From Eledone cirrhosa (taxonomy: Eukaryota): a stretch of DNA of 64,000 nucleotides. The first letter of the stretch is position 1. Each line of letters opens with the position of its first letter. The notes beneath the pieces were generated by a model that saw nothing but the letters and a program-made list of their open reading frames with translations, was not told the origin of the DNA and ran no database searches. Positions 54,122-64,000 of this stretch are shown piece by piece. The stretch covers positions 149,978,001 to 150,042,000 of the forward strand of contig OZ024742.1 of assembly GCA_964016885.1 (NCBI GenBank), read 5' to 3'. The translations under genes were made by a program, and so were the position numbers.

Positions 54122-54572
54122 ATCACCAAAGATTAATATGGTTCATTGATTACTCAATGAATAGAGTTTTACAATAGATTAAAAGCACTCAACAAAGAAA
54201 ATTTTCCTGGAGTTTTTAATATTATTCAAAATATTAACAAATGAAGATTTCACATAATCAAAATATATGCTTTATTATATATATTTCGAAGGTACTGTGT
54301 TGTTTTTTCAGTACGTCCTCGTCAGATAAAATATAAGATTTGATATATGATATACCTGTACGATCTTGATATTTCAATTCCAGTATTGGCAGTGGAATAT
54401 TGCCAATACTGGAATTGAAATATCAAGACCATACATGTATGTCATATATCAAATCGTATATTTTATGTGACGAGGACGTACTGAAAAAACAACACAGTAC
54501 CTTCGAAATATATATAATAAAGCATATATTTTGATTATGTGAATATCTTCATTTGTTAATATCTTGAATAAT
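54122..54572 (-). mobile_element. Family F fold-back element
   Basis: ~170-bp inverted arms centred ~54395; (TA)n/(CA)n flanks. Confidence 0.85.
54271..54330 (-). ncRNA. Type I hammerhead ribozyme, intact core
   Basis: TTTAT-CTGACGA-GGAC GTACTG..CAGTAC CTTC-GAAA-TATATA-TA-ATAAA; the copy on the other arm (54462-54521) has C3G. Confidence 0.85.
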
Positions 54573-54581
54573 ATACACACA

Positions 54582-54868
<287 letters not shown>

Positions 54869-54889
54869 CACATATATATATATATATAT

Positions 54890-55077
54890 ATAGGTAACTT
54901 ATTCCGGGTTGAATCGGAGGAAACCATAGTAAGTAAGGTACTCAATACATAGCAGAGTATAAAAGTTTTAATATAGATGAGATTCTACAGGATTAGAACT
55001 GCTTCATTCTTTAGAAATCATCAGGGATTCTTGATGATTTCTAAAGAATGAAACCGTTCTAGTCCTGTAGAATCTCA

Positions 55078-55081
<4 letters not shown>
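54890..55081 (-). mobile_element. Family B fold-back element with hammerhead cores on both arms
   Basis: GATTC-tTGATGA-TTTCTAAAGAAT-GAAAC..GTA-GAATC. Confidence 0.82.
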
Positions 55082-55134
<53 letters not shown>

Positions 55135-55137
<3 letters not shown>

Positions 55138-55336
55138 AACGAGTAGGACCCCGACGGCTGAGCTCAAGCCGTTTCGAAGGCTAATTCTGGACTGAATTAG
55201 TCCAGAATTAGCCGTCGAAACAGCTTGAGCTCAGCCGTCGGGGTCCTACTCGTTCCTATTACCCACTCTACTACCCTAAGTATTGAATACTTTGGTGCGT
55301 TATGGTCCACCTGGTTCCTTACCACATTTCCTTCGT

Positions 55337-55339
<3 letters not shown>
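55135..55339 (+). mobile_element. Family A fold-back element
   Basis: Reverse orientation of 40559-40757. Confidence 0.9.
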
Positions 55340-55367
<28 letters not shown>

Positions 55368-55439
55368 AGATATATACATATATATACACATAACTATACA
55401 CACATACATATATATACATATATATACACATATATATAC

Positions 55440-55474
<35 letters not shown>

Positions 55475-55477
55475 CAT

Positions 55478-55533
<56 letters not shown>

Positions 55534-55537
<4 letters not shown>

Positions 55538-56502
55538 AAATACTGCAGGTCGCACATGGTAACATGTAATAAAATAAGTCCCTCATCAGTGATTTGCCGA
55601 AGATCATAGATATTTCATTGCATTAAAAATCATATATCTCACTTCGGTGCAATAATAACCAAAATAAGTTATTAGGACAATTAAAACGCGTAAAGCGAGT
55701 GAGACAGGAGAACAACAGAAAAATTAGCATACCTTAGGGGAGAAACAAGCTTCAAAAATTATTCGTTTAGCATAAGCTAGGTGAATATATGAGAGCTGAG
55801 AGAATAGAACCAACACAAACGAAGGCCATTGAGCAGAGAGAGAAAAAATAGCGTTCGTGAGTGCAGGATGAAATGAAGAGAAGAGGGAGAAAAACAGTGA
55901 GTGAGTGAAAGTGTGAGGAAGAGTTAACGGACAAGACAGAGGGGGAGAAACAGAGAGAATGGGGGAACAGTAAGAGAGAGAGAAAAAAACACAGAATCGC
56001 AGTGGTAAATATATGTATTAAAATATAGAGAAAAATACTGCAGGTCGCACATGGTAACATGTAATAAAATAAGTCCCTCATCAGTGATTTGCCGAAGATC
56101 ATAGATATTTCATTGCATTAAAAATCATATATCTCACTTCGGTGCAATAATAACCAAAATAAGTTATTAGGACAATTAAAACGCGTAAAGCGAGTGAGAC
56201 AGGAGAACAACAGAAAAATTAGCATACCTTAGGGGAGAAACAAGCTTCAAAAATTATTCGTTTAGCATAAGCTAGGTGAATATATGAGAGCTGAGAGAAT
56301 AGAACCAACACAAACGAAGGCCATTGAGCAGAGAGAGAAAAAATAGCGTTCGTGAGTGCAGGATGAAATGAAGAGAAGAGGGAGAAAAACAGTGAGTGAG
56401 TGAAAGTGTGAGGAAGAGTTAACGGACAAGACAGAGGGGGAGAAACAGAGAGAATGGGGGAACAGTAAGAGAGAGAGAAAAAAACACAGAATCGCAGTGG
56501 TA
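55534..56502 (-). repeat. Tandem dimer of a 495-bp-period unit (family H)
   Basis: Units 55534-56007 and 56029-56502 near identical; (TA)n flanks. Confidence 0.92.
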
Positions 56503-57223
56503 TATATATATATATATATGTATGTATATAAAATTCATAGGTATATATGTATATATATTTAGACATATATTTAGACATAGTCACAGATACATATATGAGT
56601 GTGGCTACTTTTCACGGTGTGGCTCATAAACAAATAATTATTAATCAGAGCTACAGTATATATAAAATTGCACGTTTGAAGAATTACTAGATAAAATATA
56701 TACAATCTTTTCTCTCCCTATTCCGTAAAAATCAACTATATAAATAATCATTTAAACGAGGCTATAAGTTTAAAATGTAACTATGAAGAAATAATAGACA
56801 AATGATACAGACTATTTTTCCGCGAGGAACAATCAGATAAAATTTATCTAGTCATTAATTTTATCCCGTAGAAATTAACTAGACAAATAATCAATTAAAC
56901 TGAGCTAGGTCTAAAATATAAGTTAGAAGAAAAAAATACATATAAACTTTACCAAAATTCCTCTAGTCCCGACTGTCGACAGTTTCGCTCGCACTTTGTG
57001 GATATATCCGATCCTGGTATTATCCATGAAGCTTCGAGCTTATCAAGAGACTCCTCAAGTTTGGACTAAAATTTCTACAGTGATCACTGCCAGAAATGAA
57101 ATAGCCTCCCGGTATTTGCATAGCTACAGCTTCCTAAAACCGTATTTCTTTGGAAATTGGAAATACGAAATTATTATACATATTGTATAACGCTATGCTT
57201 GAAGCGAAATCCTATTTCTTTTA

Positions 57224-57288
<65 letters not shown>

Positions 57289-57315
57289 CTCTCTCTCTAT
57301 CTCTCTCTCTCTCTC

Positions 57316-57389
<74 letters not shown>

Positions 57390-57391
<2 letters not shown>

Positions 57392-57630
57392 TAACGGTCG
57401 TCTCCTCCATACAAAGCTTGATCAAATCTTTCGCTTTTTTCCGTTCCTTCCTGGCATGAGATTGGAATAACACAATAATGTCTTATTTCGTTCTCATCTC
57501 CATTTTGGGTTTTCTTACTGTGTATGTTCAGATGTCGCTTCAATCCAGCACCTGATTTGCATATTTTCTAACAAACATGGCTCACTTGTGCGACTTCAAG
57601 CCAGCATTTGAAAGGCTCGCCTAAGGGCGC
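57390..57630 (-). mobile_element. Probable RTE-type LINE 3' end
   Basis: C-terminal C2H2-like C.KICKSGAGLKRHLNIH. Confidence 0.4.
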
Positions 57631-57726
57631 ACTAGGTATTTGAAAACCAATCCTGGATAAGATTCATCATTATTACTGTTCCGTACTTTTCTTTTCAGTT
57701 CCACATGTAAATATATATATATACAC

Positions 57727-57826
<100 letters not shown>

Positions 57827-58429
57827 CATAAAATATGTCTTTAGAATCACTTGATATAATATATACCATTTCCTCTCCCAATTAGTATAATTAACCATAT
57901 AAAAAATCAATTAGACCAAGCTATAAGCATAAAGGCTCCTATGAAGAAATCTCCGACAAATAACCGAAAGCAGCCCCTTCGCGGTGGCTACAATAGATTA
58001 TTTATCTAATATTTCGACAGCATGTAAAAATCGATCAGATATACAGTCAACTAAACACAATTAGCTGTAAAATTGAACTTAGAAGAATTGCGTACATACC
58101 TAATTACCTCTCCCATGGTTTCATACGCATTTTAAGACATCCGATAACAAGGAATGTCCAGAGCTTCGCAATCATCATAGCGAGCTCAAAATAAGACATT
58201 TAATTTTCCAAAGTGATCGCGCCAAAAATACATTCAAAAATGGCTAAGAATCGTGACGTGGCAGCGGTCATATTATATCTAGTGATTCTAAAGACATATT
58301 TTATGATATATAGCTCTGATTATTTAATTTAATTTATTAATTTCTCATTGAGCCACAACGTGACCGGTTGCAAAACACATATATATCTATGACTTTATAT
58401 ATATATGTAAATCTTTATATATATATATT

Positions 58430-59822
58430 TCGTTTCTGAATTTGTTTAGAAAGATTCTTTATCTAAAAACGTGTGCTGAAACCGATATTGTTATACTTTG
58501 GGAGGGTCATGTTGGGAGGGTCATGTTGCCAATAAGAAACACACGCACCAATTTATTATAAATTAAATATATATTGTACGAGTGATGAGAAACGTGCAAC
58601 CGCAAAGAACTAGAGAGACACATAAAACACTTCATCCACCGTATGCAGTTCTCTGGTTACAATCAGAGAGATAAAATCTGAGTATATAGAGGAGCCAGAA
58701 CCAAATGGGGAAAAAATGGTAAATAATGCTACAAATGGGACCTGCCCCTTGTATAGGAGCAAATTTTGGAATAGAATAGAAAGAACTAGTAATAAGGTTA
58801 ATAGAATAAACTCATGGTATGATAGCAATAAATACCAGAGTGTAATGTTCATCAATACAATCCCTAGAGGTGAATTAGCTTACAAATTTAGAAGAGCCCT
58901 AGATAAACTTAAACTAAATATTAAGATAGTAGAAAGACCAGGTACTTCCATAAAAACACTTATTAGTAATACAAACCCTTTTCAAAGACCTCCCTGTATA
59001 GATAAGAAATGCATAATCTGTAAACTAACCCCCCATATTAACTGTAAAACTAGAAACATAGTATATAGCATAAGATGTACTGAAGGACAATGTAAAGATA
59101 AGAATATAGTGAGACAGCTCGTAGTATAGGAGAACGATTAAATGAACACTGGTGAGAGCTTCAAGATAGAAAAGATTCATCTGTACTCCCCCAACATGCT
59201 AACATAGAATATAAGGGCCAATTAGAGAACATAGAAATAAAAATAAAATCTACACACAGAAAAGACGCAATGTTTAGACAAATCACAGAGGCAATAAACA
59301 TAAATGAACTCCAACCAAAATTAAATAGAAAACATGAATGGAACAGCAACATCACATCTTACAATTAAAGACAAAATGAAAACACACACACACACATAGA
59401 ACAAACAACCAAACAGTAACATGTAAATAAACAAATAAATAAACAAATATAAACACAAACAGACACCCGGATGTAACACATGCGCAAACTAAGCACACAA
59501 CACACACAAAAACAAGATGGCGTAGGACAGAACAAAGGAGAGGCACAAAAACAAAGAAAAGAATCAGCAGTTACTGAAGAGGTCACAGAATGTGTGACGA
59601 AAGAACTTTGACAATATATAAACAATCATCTTGTTGTGGAACCAACCAACCAACCGGAAATTTATAAATTCCTAAATTTATAAATTTATTATAATAAATT
59701 GAAGTGAAAGAAACTGGTGCGTGTGTTTCTTATTGGCAACATGACCCTCCCAAAGTATAACAATATCGGTTTCAACACACGTTTTCAGATAAAGAATCTT
59801 GCTAAACAAATTCAGAAACGAT
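58430..59822 (+). mobile_element. 5'-truncated PLE (relative of 40823-43692) with inverted pLTR end and hammerhead at 59570-59612
   Basis: CPLYRSKFW..WYD..YQSVMF..IKIVERPG..CIDKKCIIC..NIVYSIRC; CTGAAGA-GGTCACA..TGTGAC-GAAA. Confidence 0.9.
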
Positions 59823-59919
59823 ATATATATATATATATATACATGCACACACATACACACATACATATACAAGTATATATATATACACACATACACATAC
59901 ATAAATACATATACACACA

Positions 59920-60023
<104 letters not shown>

Positions 60024-60119
60024 AATATATTTCCATATCATACATAGATATATATCTACTCACTCAATTACGGGTGGTTGTGTATCTTGTTGCCTTTAGT
60101 CATTAACGTATAAATCTAA

Positions 60120-62682
60120 GGAAGCTAAAACATTAAAAGGCAAAAAATAAGCATGAATGCATATAATTAGGGGAAAGAGGTATAATAAATGTTACTCTAT
60201 ATGGAATTATAGTGAGTTGTTATTTAGAATATTTAATTAGGTTTATAGTATTTAATTAGGTTTATAGTATTTAAATGTTTTTCGTATACGGTGATTACAA
60301 ACTATGTTCAATTCCTGTCTTTTATTTAATAAATCGTCCTTAGATTTAGTAATTTTCAAGATCTCCCCATAATCCGCATTCCCTCCTGTTCCCAAGATAT
60401 GGAGTTCTTTGTAGAATGGTGTTCCACGATAACTTAAAATCTATTTTTTTCTTTTGATAATTATTTACCGCTTCAGCTAAAGATGTGGTGTTAGCTAGTT
60501 TAGTATTGTTGAAACTTCTAGAGTGTGCGTAAAATCTTTTCTTAAATGTGTTTGATGTAGATCCTATATATGTTTTGTTGGAGTCTGTAGTAGACACAGT
60601 GCATTTATACATTACATTATTAATCAAACAATTTCCATTTAAGGGGCAAATGCTTCTATTTCTGCAATTACAGCCATACGTAAGATGGTTATTGGGGGTG
60701 CCTATACTATTCACATTAATCCTTGAGCTATTTCTATTGTAATTAATGATAGCAGGAGAATGAAGGTTGCTTTGTGGGTGGTTTGGTGCTAGGGTTGTAT
60801 TGTGATTTTGTGTTCTGTTGTTTTTGTGTTGGTGATTTGGGTGGTTGTGTTTTCTAGGTTGAGGGATTGTATTATTTTCCTTTTTAAAAGGTGCAGTCCT
60901 AATTTAAATTATGTTGCGGTGGTGTAGTCGTATTATTTTAAAGTTTATAAATGTTATAGTTGCTTATTTTTTGTTTGAGATTGCTTGATGTAGAGTATGA
61001 GAATTTAACAGTATATTTGTTAAATATTTGGTGGTATCTGTGGTTTGGTGGAAAATGTTTATGTAGAATCTCAAAGAATTTTTGGGGGATTTGTCCAATA
61101 GTTTGCAGGTTGAAGGGTGCGTTGTACCATGTTATGTTTCATTTGCGGTTTTTAGTTAAGTTCTTATTATCACTTATATTATTGTGTTGTGTTCTAGAAT
61201 GATTCCTATGGTTAGTCTCCTTATTTGTGGGATTTGGTAAATTATCGTGGTTGTATTTGGTGTTATTTTGGGGTAGATTATGAGATTTTGAGTGCTTGGT
61301 ATTCATATGTGGGTTGATAACATTGGTCATAGATCGTGTAGTAATAGTTGTTGTGGTTTTTCTGTTGTTTGGTGTAATAGGAATAACCACTTTAGGTATT
61401 TGCTTCAATGGTATTTTTTGGTGTTTGTAGTTTTTGTTAGGTTTTATGTTTTGGTCCATAGTAGTGTTGGGGATATATGAGATTTTTTCTTTATATCCAC
61501 TTTTAGTTAAGGCCTTGTTGTAGAAGGGTGCATTATTATTAAATATATCTTCATTGGTAGATAATTTAGAAAGTCTAAGAGATATGTTATATACTAAGTT
61601 CTTGAGTATAGAGCCAGGGTGGTTAGATTGTGATTGTACATAATGTAGATTCTGGTTAGGTTTGTGGTAAGGTTGACAAGTATTCGTAGAGAGCTCTCAG
61701 GTAACGTCAAGGAAATTAGCTACTTTTTAAGTGTTTTCAAAAGTGAATTTTCTAATTTGTTTTTTGTTCTTCTCTATATTGGAATTGCTAAGATTGTTAG
61801 ATAACAATAGACAATCATCCCGATAAAGACCACCTTTGAGGTGATGAAAAGTGTCATGAATGTTATAGAGGAGAAATAGTCCAACGAGGTCTGTAACTTG
61901 AGCAGAATCCATGGATCCCATCGTAATATTGAATAAGTTGTTATATGTGTTTCTTGTCCAGTATTCTTCTTGGAAATTTAGTAAGGTTTTTCTAGCGTGA
62001 GTTATGATGTTGATTTCCTCAGTAGATAAATCCGATCTATTTCTGGCAAAGATCAGTGCTTTGTTTAAAAGAATTGGAGAAATCGAAGAATAGTAAGAAT
62101 CGATGTCGAATTGAATGAATGAAGCTGAGTTTTTATTACAGTGCTAGTAAACCATTCAATAACTTGGGAAGTGTTATCCCATAGTGGATGTGTTACAAAT
62201 TTTCAAATTTGCGGAATGATACGATCAATAATCTTTTTGCTGATATTACCGATATCAGATTTTGATGGACATATCAGTCTAATAGATGGGTTCGAGTTAA
62301 AGTCAGATTTATGGTCTTTCAGGTTGAAGTGCGGGCTTTTAGGCGTGAAAGACTCAGTCCTATCTTCAATTTGGAGCTTTTTTACTATATCACATGATAT
62401 GTTGTTCAAGGATGTTAGTGTGGTGGTATTTGCTAAGATTGTTAGATAACAATAGACAATCATCCCGATAAAGACCACCTTTGAGGTGGGGAAAAGAGTC
62501 ATGAATGTTATAGAGGAGAAATAGTCCAACGAGGTCTGTAACTTGAGCAGAATCCATGGATCCCATCGTAATATCGAATAAGTTGTTATATGTGTTTCTT
62601 ATCCAGTATTCTTCTTGGAAGTTTAGTGAGGATTTTCTAGCGTGAGTTATGATGTTGATTTCCTCAGTAGATAAATCCGATC
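60120..62682 (-). mobile_element. Hydra-type PLE (degenerate RT + GIY-YIG), 5'-truncated
   Basis: LKDHK, RLICPSKS, QFDIDSYY, FDITMGSMDSAQVTDLVG, GLYRDD, NITWYNAPF...HKHFPP, CNCRNRSICPLNGNC, YIGST..FKKR. Confidence 0.88.
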
Positions 62683-63574
62683 GGTGGTATAGATATGTAT
62701 GTGTGAATATAGATATGTATAGATATGTATGTATATGATTATATGCATACCTGTAAATGTGTATTTGGATTTGCATCTATTTGTGCGTATGTATATTTTT
62801 GGTTGGATATCAATTTAACTGTACCTCTCTCTATATATAGTGTGGATATGTGCACTTTGTAATCTATGAAATTTATGTGTTTTAACTATGCCAACATGTA
62901 TTTATCTAAGTTTGATTATTTATGCATAAACATGCTTGATAGTATTTTAGAGCGTATCATCTGCTATATTATACTAATTGCAATTTACCACACCGTACTA
63001 TATTGTGTTGGTTAAATTGTATATTATCGCATTACTGTATTTCATTATCTTATTATAATTTTCATCTTTTAATATACTATCTTTCCTAGCCATAACCTTA
63101 ATTTATATTCACCTTAAAACTCAATACAAGACTAATCACCATTTACTTTATCTTTCCTTTTAAATTCACTATACCAGATACATTCAACTATCAGTTTTAC
63201 AATCCCTTTCCTCCTAATAGTTTTATATGCCAATTCTATTATTAACACCCTTCAACCATTCCTTTCAAAGGGTCATGACTCAACTAAATTGTATTACTTT
63301 TCATCTTAACACCATATGAAAAAAACAATTTGATTCGTTAGTTCTTCAACCACCTCCAAATAAGGACATAATACTAACATACTACTAATTCTGAATAAAA
63401 TTATTATTGCTTTTGAAAACAGCTGGTGATATGCATGTAAGTAAATATTCTCTTTATTTGATAGTTTGTAACTAACCTTACATAGATCAATAACCGAGTA
63501 TAGTTACAATGTATTATCATCATCTAGAAACGATCGTAAAGCAGTGAACTTGATTTTTTATTTCATTGTTTTAA

Positions 63575-64000
<426 letters not shown>

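Noticed and set aside
61139-61141. In-frame TGA in the PLE as selenocysteine (as in Naiad PLEs)
   Set aside because: Falls at an expected Arg of RKRNI.W (CGA>TGA decay) in a copy with other disablements. Likewise the TGA near 59153 aligns to Gly in the sister element.

Overview
AT-rich, microsatellite-saturated animal DNA with no intact host protein-coding gene that I can support. The SINE and repeat repertoire suggests a cephalopod (octopus-like) intron or intergenic region; this is inference. Nearly all ORFs in the track are (TA)n/(CA)n/(GA)n artefacts. The real coding signal is transposable-element derived: two kinds of Penelope-like element (PLE; RT + GIY-YIG), CR1-type, RTE-type, Tx1/L1-type and CRE-type LINE fragments, a hAT (Buster/Charlie) transposase remnant, Helitron pieces, several MITEs with clean TSDs, and more than a dozen copies of a tRNA-derived SINE. 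The most striking unexplained structure is a dense set of short fold-back (palindromic) inserts in (TA)n tracts. They belong to at least 7 unrelated sequence families, most carrying complete or half hammerhead-ribozyme cores (CUGANGA...GAAA...UH), and several share a TTGAGT(A/G)C motif near the 3' end. One family can be tied to a Hydra-type PLE endonuclease. All folds were read by eye and none has been computed or tested.
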